Made by a program: the position numbers and the translations under genes. Below are positions 16,028 to 31,849 of a stretch of 64,000 bases of DNA, one piece after another. Location: the NCBI RefSeq assembly GCF_009914755.1, contig NC_060926.1, one strand, 5' to 3'. The notes beneath the pieces are model-generated. The model made no database searches, was not told where the DNA came from, and was given only the letters and a program-made list of their open reading frames with translations. The stretch is from the human T2T-CHM13v2.0 reference genome, Homo sapiens. Numbering within the stretch: position 1 is the stretch's first letter; the number at the start of each line of letters is the position of its first letter.

Positions 16028-17134
16028 CAATAAATTTTTTAAAAAATCATAAAATATATTTATTCCAAAAGAGTTACACATATGACAATACTCATTTACT
16101 CATTATTTTTAAGCCACTCTCATAAGACAACAAATAAAAAAAGCAAACCAAAGGCTTATAAGGGAATGGTTAAGTACGGCCATATGATGGAATATTATAT
16201 AGTCATTAAAATGATAACTGTGGAAACAGCAACATTTGCATATGACAAAACATTAAATAAAAAAAGTTTCTAAGATACAAATTCATATTCACACTTATAA
16301 CTATGCAAAATTATATATAAGACCTAAAAGGAAAAGAAAAATCTAATGGTTGTGGTAGTGTGGTAGACTGAATGTTATTTTTCCCTCTATACTCAATATT
16401 GCTTTTATGATTAAAAAAAATAAGTGATTTCTAAAACACAGCTGCTCTTGAGTACCCACTAGAAAATTATATCTCACTTTTCCTTTAAAGCAATTTCCTC
16501 ATGGTCTTGAGCGGCCATTAAACAACTAGCCAAATCAATTATAATAGGTACCAAATTTCTCATGTACCCCTCGTGAAGCAACAACATTTCTGACTCTATT
16601 AAAGTCATGCAGTACCACTTCGGACACCAAAAGACCTGGCCCTTGTTGGTCACTGCAGGGTGGAAGAGCTGAGTTGGTGCCTTTGGAACTCTCTATAATG
16701 CTTAGTGGATGGATCACAGAACTTCAGTTTTCAAGCAGCTGTCAATATGACAATTTTCACAAGTACTAATTCTGCCTTTTAAAAAAAGAAAATGAAAAGC
16801 TGCCACCCACATTATATCGTCAGCTGCCTCAAAAACCTGTAAAGACATTTTAAATCCTTCAAGGTTCAGAGGAAACCATCATTGTTAGTAGCTGAACCAG
16901 CTCAACACTAAAATAGTGTTAATAAGTGCTATGAATCTATCTCAAAATAGCCAAAAGTCTGAAACAATCGAGAGATAAGCAATCAAACTTGTCTGTTAAA
17001 AAAGTAGCAGCAAGACTGTTAGATTTAGGGAGTCAAGGTGACTGAAGGGGATTTTTTACTCAGAGAGGATGTACTGCTGCATAGAGATTTCCATTAAAAT
17101 AAATAAACAAAATACATAGAATACAGGGACTCAC

Positions 17135-17265
17135 CATCTCGGCTGCCAGTCACAATTTCAGGTGCTCCTTCTCCAATTCCTAGTCCACCTATGCCATCTA
17201 TGGCATTTATAATTTCTTTATGGCCCTTTACAGAATATACTGGCATCTCTGGAGCTTCTAAATTC
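17135..17265 (-). CDS. DNAAF10: WDR92/DNAAF10 exon 3 (NLEAPEMP...VTGSRDG)
   Basis: TTTAG acceptor, G|GTGAGT donor, 131 nt; WD40 GH...TGSRDG motif; ORF 17094..17297. Confidence 0.96.
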
Positions 17266-18528
17266 CTAAACAACAAACACAGCTTCTTACACCACATATC
17301 CCAAACATATAAGTCTACTACTGAAATTCAAAAAGATATATTATAGTTAGATTTTTTCTGTATAGAAATTAAGGTTTTGCTATGAAGATAGTTTATACAT
17401 TTATTTACACTTCTGAAATTTTCTCTCCATTCAACTTCTTTCAAGCCCCCATTGAGAACTGTCATCATTCAACTTGAAATTCCAATCCTGAGCTCACCAT
17501 ACTTAGTGTTCTTCAAAGACGATCTATGCAAGACCCCCACAGATGAATTACCAGGTTTGCTTGTTGATAAACGTGGACTCATGGGCTCCTCCCCAAACAT
17601 AATGAATCAGGATTTCAGATGGGTCCCCAAAACAATGACTGTGGTACACTGAAGTCTGAAAAAATACTGCTTCAAATATAGAGTAAAGCCCAGGGAGGTC
17701 AAGGCTGCAGTGAGCTGAGATCATGCCACTGCCCTCCAGCCTGGGTGACAGAGCAAGACCCTGTTTCAGAAAAAAAAAAAAAGAAAGAAAAGGAAAAAAA
17801 CAACCATGTATCTGAGGACGTGGCTCTCAGGACAGTTTTTTTCAATTCTGGGTTTTAGTGGCTGTTACAAAAATATGGGAGGTGAATAGAAGATGGACAC
17901 CATTAGCTGGCCTTACTAAATCATCATACTCATTGTTAAATTCCATCCACCAAATATGCAAAGGTTTTTGTTAAAACGCAGCTAGTATATTTCTATCTAA
18001 ATATATATATATGTAAATTCAAAGTGATATAGAATTCTTCCAAAGTAGGCCTCAGTAGTTGGATCTTATGACCTTTTTAAAGGATAAAATATGAGTAGTG
18101 TTTACTTTGTACACATTTCTTCCTTTATAATGTACTATTTTCCCACTGAAGTCCACACTGATTTTCTACTGACATATTTTTCAGTGTGTCATCATACTGG
18201 TAACAATATGTATTACTGCAAGACAGGCTGAAGTTCGTCTAATAGGTCAATTCACAGAAAGGCATTCAGGAAAGTACTGATTACCACAACTGCACTACTG
18301 GGCAATGAATGGCTTGACTAGGTGATCCTCACACATTCCTTTTCTTACCCGTCTCCATTTCTCCCCTTCTTTTGCTTTTCTACGGAAACTTCTATTTACA
18401 TTTCTCTTAATAATTTAGTTTTCAATAACTTACAGATTTTTTAAATGAATGTGACTATACATGAAATATAATTCCAATTTATTATTGGGCCAAGATTTAT
18501 TAGTAAAACCTTACTAATAAAAAATCTA

Positions 18529-18849
<321 letters not shown>

Positions 18850-20016
18850 TTAGAAATGACATTTATCATCATTATGAACTAATCAAGAGATTAAACAAGA
18901 TTGTGGTTCTACTTGAAATGACTGTTTTACTATTTTATAGACTTTAAAACATTATTTTTTAACATGAAATTATAAGATTTATCAATGAAAGTAAATTGGT
19001 AATATCTGTACTATACTAGGAAACTGTATTAGAAAGATGGTCAATGGTACTATCTAATATTTTGAATACTCTTGTGTTGAAATATATTTATTTTTTAAAA
19101 TAGCATTCAAACTTGCCTTTCTCACAGTATCTCTCGAAGCATATGACAAAGCATCTAAGAACTAATGAATACATGCTAATTTAATTATTAAGGAGTTAAA
19201 GCAAGGAGAAATTGAAGTAGTTCCATTTTGTTTAATGTTATGATTCTAAGACAGATAAATATGTTATAAGTAATGTAATTATACAGTAGCAGGTTCTAAG
19301 TGAGACTCAAGAAAGGTCATGTTAGAAAACATGATGCAGGGAAGACGGGTTTTCTAGAACACTCTAGAACTTTCTCCATAATATTTTAGAACACTGCTGT
19401 ATACTTTAAATGATTAAAATAATAGATTTTCCTGCAAAGTAATTAAAAAGGAATTTCAATTCATTCCACTCTAAATAAGAAACAACTCTAGGTAAAACAC
19501 GAAAAAGGCATTTGGCAGAATTGTGATTTTGCCCATTCAAAAAAAGTTTATTTTGATTTGTTCAACAGATATGTTTCTAAAAAGTTGTGCTTAGATGTTA
19601 AAGCTTTAAAAAACAAACGTTCTGCAGTGCTAAATCTCTTGCTGAAATATAAATAATATCTACTTTTTCAGTGTTATTCATATGCATTTTTATATACTGT
19701 ATTTTTAAAGTTGGAGGGGGAACAGACCTTTATTTACAAATACATGGCATTAAATGCTAGCACCAAACTGCGTGTGTGAAAATAAGCATTGATAATATTA
19801 TCCAAAATATCTAAAGAAAAATAGGTTAGTATTTTTTAATGGATTTTGAATATGAAATCTAGAAATATATATTAGAGACAATTCTCATATTTTTATAGTT
19901 AAAATGGAACATAGAAAGATTTTAAAATTAAAATTCTCTCTTTCAGAGAAAGAGTAATGAAACTATCAAATAAATTGCCTATCTCATCTGTCTGAATACT
20001 GACTAAATCATCTTAC

Positions 20017-20117
20017 CATATATGAAGGTTTCCACCAAAATCTCCAGTAGCTAAATATCTCTGCTGTAAAGATGTTGCACCAAATGTTCCACATTTAATA
20101 GGTTTGGCCTTTTCAAT
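20017..20117 (-). CDS. DNAAF10: WDR92/DNAAF10 exon 2 ([34 protein letters not shown])
   Basis: Pyrimidine tract plus AAG acceptor, TG|GTAAGA donor, 101 nt, phase 0->2; not in ORF track, read manually. Confidence 0.95.
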
Positions 20118-22998
20118 CTTCATAGAAGGGAGGAAGAGAGGATATATTATTTATGTAAGCAGATATTTATAATCTATTAATATCATATTTATGGCTCTAT
20201 TATGGCATTTAAATAAGACAATATAAAAGGCAATTAAAACATCTTCTGATGAAAATAATCTTGCTTTTTCCTTTACTCATTTTTCTTTAAAATATGTAAC
20301 TGTCAAAAAGAAAAAGTGTTAATTTGCCTTTCCTCTCCTCTCACTAATGAGACATTCAAATGCTGACAGCTCTACAATCTCTATTGCAAATATGAAAGTT
20401 TCAGCATTTCATGTGATATTCTTTAAGATCCTCAGCAGAAATGAGAACATAATGAAGATATTATCTTTCCAGATGGTTATGGGAACAAAAATGTTATGTG
20501 TCTCTTATAGTTTTCCCTGCAGAACCCTATAAACTAAAGATGTTTATGTCCCACTTTCTCTGGGGCCTTTTCAATGCAGAGAGATTTATAAACTTGTGTG
20601 TACCAAGGCGCTACTATTAGTATGGATCAGCCAATCTTTTGAGGTTTCTTTACTTTAAAAGGCTACTGCACCAAGTATTGTATATAGTCACATTAGTAAA
20701 ACAATCACATACGAATATATTATTTAACGTATGGGGTTTATGGAAATCAGGTGAAGAAGACTATGTAGCCAAAAAGGTCCTTGGAAAGGATCTAACACAA
20801 TACCCTCCTGTCATAAAAGGAGACCAAAGCATAGGGCTGTACAGATTTGCCGAACTCATACAACATTCAACATTTAATGGTTTCTACTACATGCAAGTCA
20901 CTGAAGTAGGCAAAAGAGGATACAAAGATGAATGAGATTGGCCAGTCCCTCAAAAAGCTAACAACTCAAATATCAGTTCTTATCTGGTTCCTCCAAAATA
21001 TACATATTCGTTATACTACTCCTATGCCTCCCTGGGTCTTCTATTCACCTTCTTTTACTTCCTGATGTTTCTGATTTCTCCATGGCCCCTCCCGCCGCCA
21101 ACTCTACCTGCCCAGGTCACTGAAGTCCCTCCTACAGTCTAACTGCTTTTCCTGCTGCCTTGGCTCCCGAGATCTCCGGAATCTGGAATTAGATGAGGCC
21201 ACTGATATCTGTCCCACATCACACTCTTGCCATATAACACTTCCCACTGACTGTCAGCCTCAATGGGGCAAAACTATTCCTCTTGGTCTCTAACAATTTT
21301 TACATTTTTAAATTCTTAATGTTTATAAAAGTAATACCTGCTCCCTATAAAAATTCAAACAAAACAAAAGGATGGAAGGAAAAAGTGAGTCCCTTTAACA
21401 CTCTCCAGAAGTAATCCCCACCCTTCTAGGCCTTCTACGCATTTACAAACACACATGGTTTTGTTTCAATACAAGGCAGATCATGGTACACTGTCCTTTG
21501 ATGTGTTTCACTTAACAATACATCTGGATAAACTTTATTCCTTTTGCAGTGTTCTCCAGTTTCCAGGACATCTCCCCTTGTAACTCTTCAGTTCTCTTCA
21601 TCCCTCCCAGGTTGGCCTGTTTCAAATAATTTTAAAAATAATTTCCCTGCCACTTTCAATGTTTATCCAGGCATTTCTATATAGGGTATATTATCCATAT
21701 AAGGTATACATAGCAATTTTCACGAATAAAATAGAAGTCACTTAACACAAACTATAACAACTTTTTTTCTCTGATTCAAAGGTTACCATTATATGGTATA
21801 GGGCTTTGGAAACTCCCAGACTGTTGAACTTTCCTATTGTTTGTGATCTAGATAAATTGGAGTTACTACGTGGCCAAGTCTAAAAGCACTCATACCTTCC
21901 TCAGAATTGTCTAGTAAACGAAATCAGCCACGTACAGTAACATGTTTGTAAAAGACCCTATTGATGAGAAGCATGGAACCACAGAATGTTTCTCTTTTTA
22001 ATGCACAAGTGGACTGAGATGGCATCAGTTATTCACTGCCGCAGAAAATTAATATTCATTTATTCCCATTTTTTCCCAATTTTATGAAAAAGAGTATCTG
22101 AAAATGGGGCAACACAGAGGATCAAAATTTTGTCAACAAAGCACATGGTTTCTAACTGCAGGCAATTTATGTTTTCCTCACCATTCCCCTCTCCTCAAAT
22201 AAAAGTACCTGAAATAATATATTAACAGTGGTAAAGCACTTAATCACTATTAGGGCACAATTTCTATGGTGAAATTAATTCTGAGTTCCAACCTATGCCA
22301 ACTGGTGAGACGGCTATCCACTCTTTCCTCCCCTTGGTCTCACACTGAACCTGGGTCTTGCCAGCTCTAAGCCACTGATAATGGCTTCCATGTTCTGAGG
22401 CAGAGGGTGGAAGCAGACCCTCTGAGGTAAGAAGCTGGTGGTCCTCATGCACAGCAATGTGGTTCCAGGAGACAGGGGATTAGAAGCTGTGAAGAACTTG
22501 CATCATCTATTGACCCAATTCTCTGGGAACATTTTTCTCAGAGAAGCACTGGGAAGACTGGTCTCCCATTTTCTTCCCACCAACCAGCTAAAGCATTCTG
22601 CTTCCCAGAATTCCACCGCTGTCCCCTCAAACCTCTGATGAGGGTTTCTGTGATTCCTAGGCCATGGAAGAGGTAAAAACTAACCTACACTCTTTGGTTC
22701 CCTACAGTCTTCTAAAATTTTACTGCTGGATAAAAATAAAAAACTGGAAGCAAAAACTTTCCTCCCTGTTATTCTTTTACCCAACTTTCACTTTTAGACC
22801 CTTTAGACTAGAGAATCTCAAACTATACTCCTGGAACACACTGATCTTCTGTTACTAACATAATACATTAATCAGAAAATTCACCAAGAACAAAAGCTGA
22901 TGCATGTGTTGTTTTCAGATTTTAAAGTTTTTTTAAAAATAATTTTCTTAGCTTGCCTGGTAGAAAATACTAGCAAATGAACACCAGTTAAAAAAACT

Positions 22999-23339
<341 letters not shown>

Positions 23340-26213
23340 TTAAAAACTGTGTGGTTACTTGTGATGTAAAAATCGGAATCTCTATCTATTTATCTATCTC
23401 TATATATAGTCAGATTTTTCTGCTGAAAATCTCTTCCCTGTGCAGAGATAGAACTGACTACTCCAATATTTTATGGTGTTCCAAAAACAGCACTGCAATG
23501 TGCAGATTCTTTGACACCTGCACATGTCTGAGAATTGCTACCTTCAAAGGAAAGAAACCAAACTGACAACCAGTCTACACAATAAGCTCTATACATTTTC
23601 ACAGTTGTCATTGCATCCCTTCTAAAAGTATGTCTTTATTACAAATATAAAGGAAAGAAGTAAAATGTATCTACATTGAGAAGCACAGACTCACAAGAGT
23701 GGCATGAAGGCCTATGGTATACAAAATGCAAAAAGTCCTTTGGGATCTGGTCTTGTGTGTGTGACTTCATTTCCTGTTTCCTGCCTTCTCTACTAATTCC
23801 AGCCACACCAGACAGCTTGCTTTTTGTTCTTCATACTTGTCAAGGTCTCTTCCACTTGGGCCATTTGAATTTGCTGTTCCCACTGCTTGGACTACTTTTC
23901 CCCAGGTCACCATGCCTCTATCCTTCTCTTCATTCAGATTTCAGTTCAAATGCCACATTCCCAAAGAGGTCTTCCTTGTCCCTCCAATCTGAAAAACCCC
24001 TAAATTACTGTCACTCACCCTGTTTAATCATCCATTATACTTATCAACAAAATTATTTTATTCATGCAATTATGTCCCCCTTTCTAGAATGTGAGCACCA
24101 TGAGAGCAGGGCCTTGCCTAATTTTTTTAACGCATAGCAGGCATTCAACATTTGTTGAATGAAGGTATAAATGACCATCCATGAATCTCTCAGCCCTAAC
24201 ACTAGGGACAGACAAACCAGGGCTGGAGTTCACTTTCTTTGCTCTCTCTTTTCTCCTACCATACTTTCATGTGCCAGGGTTCTGACAAACTGTTCAGTTT
24301 CTGGTGTCATTGACATGCAATCATGAAAATAGCAACCATCTATTGAACACCTACATTTCAGATACATTTTAGATATTCTTCCAGTCTAGACCATCCCTTT
24401 TCTAATATATACAACACTGCAAACTAAGTGTTCAGAACACCACTTTCAAGATGACGAAACAGGTTCAGAGGACTGAGTGACTTGCCTAAGGTCCCAAGAG
24501 CCAGATACAATCCAGACTTTTTCCTCTAAACTAGGCTGCCTCCAGGCTTATATGTAAATCAATTAAATAAACATTTTATTATTGGAGTCCTCATTCTGTA
24601 AACCTGAGCGTTATTGGAAGTATCAAAGAAATGTTCCGATCTTGATTGCTGAGGTAAATGGCACAACGGCATGAATTAAACCTACTTTCAGATCTCTGCC
24701 CTTTGGTTTTTACCTTCATTCATGTCTTTACAAGATATAAATATATGATATTATGCTTCCCTCATGTTCTTTGTCCTTTTCTTAAAGAAACACAAAGATA
24801 TTTATGGTCATTAGTGGTCTGCTGTGCAAGAACCAAATTAAACTCAAACTGTATATCTTCAACGTATTAAACGTATTATGAACATATTAAACGTATTAAA
24901 ACTTATCATTTGTGTGCACTGAGGACTGCACTTTGCTCAGAAGGGCCGAGCTCTGTTGGCAAACTGACTTACAAAAGTGGCCATGTTTCCTCTTTCCTCA
25001 GACATTCATGGAAATAATAATAATAGCTAAATTAAGAGGACACTAGTGAAGCTAATTTTTCATAGTTCACAAACGGGTTCCCTCTCTGCCCCATTAGATA
25101 GTTTATCTACAGAAAAGAAAAGATGAAAAGAAGTTGGTGGTAAATCAAAATTTTTCTTGCTGGAAAACTAGCTGGCAAAAAAAAAAGCAGCTCTATCTTG
25201 CAAAAATTGTTCAACAAAGAAAATCAATATATACTAACAATTTTTGCTATGTGATACTGAAAATGGCCATCAATGATGGTCATAATTGACCTAACTGTTC
25301 ACTTTCTTGCTATAAGAAGTTAAAATGATTAAAGAAGCTCAAGATCAGTAATTCCTGTGTGAGCTATTTTTGTTCTGCATGTGGGTGGGTCTAGTACAGC
25401 TTGTCAGTATTTCCTCCTCCACATCCTGGCAATACTTAATTAACATTAAAAGATCTAGCCAACCAAATGCTAACAAGCAGTAAATTCGGTAGCACAGGGG
25501 CTAAAAAAGCAGAATTTTATTAGCTTATTGCTATTTTTTTTAATATAAACATCTACAACTGTGTTTCCATTTTTCAGGGCCATCCCTAGTCCATATGGTA
25601 TCTTTGTGCCAATGAGAAAAAAGTTGCCTTTTATAGGCTGATGAAGTCTCACACATGTAAGGCTTGATGAAGGAAAAAGAGCTTTTAGCTCCCACTTGAG
25701 CACTCAGCCAGACACCTTTGTGTGGTGCAAAAAACTGCTCAACTGAACACGGAGGCCCTGCCCTCCATTCCCTATCTATCCTTTTAGAACTAAGATAAAG
25801 AAGACTTCAACAAAGACTGATATGCTGATATGCTTCCTTTACATCTTTTCTTCTTAGATGCACGGGCTTTGTGAGCTCCAAGTCAGTGATAAATTAAAAA
25901 AAAAAAAAAAAAAAAAAGAACGATGCATGAGTTTTGGAGCACATGACTTAAGGGTAGATCTACGATGATACATCAAGTCTGTTTCCTAATATTTTAATAA
26001 ATGACCCATCTAGCTCAATGGTTCTCAGCTCTGAGACTCATTAAAATCACCTTGCGGAAGTTTAAAAATACTCTGATTTCTAAACCTTACTCCAGATGCA
26101 ACAAAGTTGTACTACTGTGTCAGAATTTCTAGGGGTGGGACCAAGGCACAAATGTTTTAAAACACACACACACAAGCCACAAAATGCACTCAAATGATCC
26201 TGATGCACAGTAA

Positions 26214-28693
<2,480 letters not shown>

Positions 28694-29810
28694 CTAAGTG
28701 ATGAACAATACAAGGAACGAAGGAAAGGTAGAAAAAAATAAGCCATGTTTCATGTTTGTCATTCAGGGAAACTTAAAGCGGGATGGGGTCTTACATACTT
28801 TCTATTCTAGGCTTAACAGTCCAAATTGTATTCATCCTTTATCTACCAGTTTAATCCCTACCTCCTCCAAGCAGATTCTCTCCATAGGTTTTGATCCCCA
28901 GAGTTAACCTACCCTGCACTTGTAGTCTATTACAACCCTGATCTGATAATGACTGATCATTTTTTCAGGTAACAAAATCAACACTTTTTAAAAACTATAA
29001 ACAGCTATAAAATGCTAGTTACTATCATTATTCTCTAATTCTTTCACTAGTAATCTTCAAAAAAACCTTGCAAACCTAATCTTTCCACACCCTGCTTAAA
29101 TCCTTTCAGTTGTGTCCGTTTTTTCTTAGAAAAAAGGCATAAATCCTTTGAATGTCCTACAGATCTTGCAATGTCTGGTTCCTGCTTATCCCTCTAGTTT
29201 CTTAAGGAGATAAACTTCTTCCCATCACTGAGCTTCTGCATGTGCAGAAGCCCTGGAAACCTTGTCCTTTACTCCTAGTTTGACCTAGTTAGCTTCTGCA
29301 CATACCAAAATCTGTTTTCATTCATCCCAAATCTGTTTTCACTCTCATTGAACCGTAACCGTGTTCCTTTGTGTGAGACAACTCATCTCGGTTTGTATTT
29401 ATGTATCGTTGCTTTGATTATTGAACTGAGTATCTCTCCCACTAGAAAATAAACTCCATGAGATGGGGGACATTACCATTCACATCCCTGGGAATACCAG
29501 GCACTCAGCTGATGCCTGTCGAATGTGTTAGGTTGCCTCTTCCAACCACACTGCAGGCATCCTGGTGCCCGCTTTGGCTGGACTGCACTGGGGGTGGCAG
29601 GACGGTTGGGCGCGGAGGAACTACCCCGCGGATGAGAAGAAAGGTTTTAAATAGGAAACATTCCTCAGTCGGCGGTCAGCTTCTCTGGTCTCGCGCGGCT
29701 CAAGCCATGCTTTGGGGGACGCTGGGCGAAGGCTCTGGCAAAGAGGAATGCAGACCCCAGGATCCGCACTCGCCCCCAACGGCAGTCCGGATCCTCGACC
29801 CGGCACCCAC

Positions 29811-29993
29811 CTCCCGAAGCAGCTTCAGGTCCCCGTGCTGGATCTCGTACAGCTGAATGACGCCGGTGCCCCGTGCGAAGTTGCCCATGGTCACAAATTT
29901 GGCGCTGCAGGGCACCCACTTACAGTCAAACACCGTGTAGTTGAAGCCCTTCTGGATATGGGCGATGATCTGAGGCTTCTCGAAGGCCGACAT
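29811..29993 (-). CDS. DNAAF10: WDR92/DNAAF10 coding exon 1 (MSAFEKPQ...KLLRE, 61 codons)
   Basis: ATG at 29993 in context GCACCATGT; donor GAG|GTGGGT; protein recognised as WDR92/Monad N-terminus; lies in CpG island. Confidence 0.97.
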
Positions 29994-30484
29994 GGTGCAG
30001 CCAATTTCAGCTACGGCAACCGCCACACCCAGAGCCCCCAAAAACGGCAACCTGGAAACCAGACTCCAAACATTGGCAATTTGTCCCTCCCGCTTTCCGT
30101 ATTCTGCCCCAGATGCCCTGGCATGTTGGCTGTAGTTATCCCCGGATAATGCCAGATGCGCTCCTGCGATCGCACAGAATGTTCCTTCACAACAGCACGA
30201 ATTTGTTTATCGCCTTTACCCACTGCCTTTCGCACACATACATACTAGAGATTACAAAATACTTGGGCTGGGAGTTGCGCGGCTGGAGTGAGCCCAAGAC
30301 CATCAGGCATATCTTAGGACAGCCTAACCCCGTTTTCCCCCCCACCGGCCCCAAATCCTGCAGGTCCCCGGCCTGTGACGTTTTAGGAAAGGGGCGGAGC
30401 TGCAGGGGTGGTTGGCTGAGGCTGGCTTCTGCGTGGTGCAGCTGCGCACGTGTTTCAGCCGGCAGCGCTTTAAGATTTCCGGGG

Positions 30485-30691
30485 ATGGAATCCGAAATGG
30501 AAACGCAGAGCGCCAGGGCAGAGGAGGGCTTTACCCAGGTCACCCGCAAGGGTGGCCGACGGGCGAAGAAACGACAGGCTGAACAGCTGTCCGCAGCAGG
30601 AGAGGGCGGGGATGCGGGCCGCATGGACACAGAGGAGGCCAGGCCGGCGAAGAGGCCCGTCTTCCCACCCCTCTGTGGGGACGGGCTCCTG
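30485..30691 (+). CDS. PNO1: PNO1 exon 1 (MESEMETQ...GDGLL)
   Basis: ATG in GGGATGG context, CTG|GTATGT donor, 207 nt. Confidence 0.96.
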
Positions 30692-30929
30692 GTATGTGGC
30701 TGGGACCCTAGGACAGCAACGAGGCAAGGGCCAGACGCGGATCAAGCCGATGGCCTCTGGAGAATGTTGAAGCTGCGGTGGGGCTGTTCTGCCGTGATGC
30801 TCAGAGAGAAGTGATTCTTTGAAGTGTAACTAGTTCAGTTAAAGGAGGCCCTTTGTGGATCAGATGTCATTTTAAACTCCATCACCGTCCCTCCATAGCC
30901 TTCTGAGTTGTGTGTTCTTTTATTTACAG

Positions 30930-31079
30930 AGTGGGAAAGAAGAAACAAGGAAAATTCCAGTCCCAGCTAACAGATACACACCATTGAAAGAAAACTGGAT
31001 GAAGATATTTACTCCTATTGTGGAACATTTGGGACTTCAGATACGCTTTAACTTGAAATCAAGGAATGTAGAAATCAGG
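30930..31079 (+). CDS. PNO1: PNO1 exon 2 (SGKEETRKIPVPANRYTPLKENW...VEIR)
   Basis: TTACAG acceptor, AGG|GTAAGG donor, 150 nt; conserved Pno1/Dim2 motif. Confidence 0.97.
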
Positions 31080-31433
31080 GTAAGGAAAATCTCAATCATT
31101 TCCCAATACACCAGGCTTTCTCTCCTACAGAGATGAAAAGGCATGAATAGGCTTTACTTAATGGGACTTTTCTGTTGTATGGTTTTTGTCCAGTTTAAAA
31201 ATTTACCATATTGAGTTTGAACTTCCCAAATGCCTTAAAAATCTGCATTCGATACAAATATTAATTGAATTTGTAAATTAGTTCTGAGATCACACCAAAA
31301 TACTGGCTCTTCTTCTGTGTATCTTTTATAATGTTCTATGTCAAATTGAGAAAAGGTCGAGTAAAGAGATTGCCATAAACAGAAGCAGGTAAATAATGAA
31401 TATAAGCACTTGCTGCTTTACAAGAAGTATATA

Positions 31434-31742
31434 CAGTCAGCGTCGGGAATATGTTCTGGGATATGTTTTGTCAGATGACTTAGTCCTTGTGCGAATATTA
31501 TAGAGTGTACTTACACAAACCTAGATGGTATGTGTATATTTGTTTATATATTTTTTTCATATGGAAAACCAAATGTCCCAGCACCATTACTGAATATCAG
31601 TCATTTCATCTACTTGATCTGCATTGCCGGTATCCAGTGCCATATATCAGGTTTCTGTATATTCTCCATTATACTGTTATGAGACCACCATGGTATGAGC
31701 GGTTGGTCACTGATCAAAATGTCATTATGCAGTGCATGACTG
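31434..31742. mobile_element. Tigger3/MER7-like MITE
   Basis: CAGTCA.../...TGACTG ends; AGAGTGTACTTACACAAACCTAGATGG shared with the copy at 63697+. Confidence 0.7.
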
Positions 31743-31797
31743 TGTTTTAATGGTGCTCTTTTGATTAAAAAATGTATTATTTTGATAAGAAACATGC

Positions 31798-31804
<7 letters not shown>

Positions 31805-31829
<25 letters not shown>
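31805..31829. repeat. (TG)n microsatellite
   Basis: Direct read. Confidence 0.95.
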
Positions 31830-31837
<8 letters not shown>

Positions 31838-31849
31838 CTTTTTATTTTG

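Larger units (their letters stand above)
29560..30800. promoter_or_regulatory. CpG island / bidirectional promoter of WDR92 and PNO1
   Basis: GC- and CpG-rich island in AT-rich context; divergent ATGs at 29993 and 30485; TGACGT ~30375, GC box GGGGCGGAGC 30391-30400, E-box CACGTG 30447-30452, ETS CCGGAAA (minus) 30476-30482. Confidence 0.9.

Noticed and set aside
23676-24137. 153-aa plus-strand ORF
   Set aside because: Non-ATG start; lies over L2-like 3' sequence; low-information composition
24861-24900. Short AACGTATTA tandem repeat
   Set aside because: Simple slippage-type repeat without spacers; not CRISPR-like
29458-30770. Overlapping alternative-frame and antisense ORFs (132, 145, 147 aa etc.)
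   Set aside because: Expected in a GC-rich CpG island overlapping real exons; no recognisable protein features
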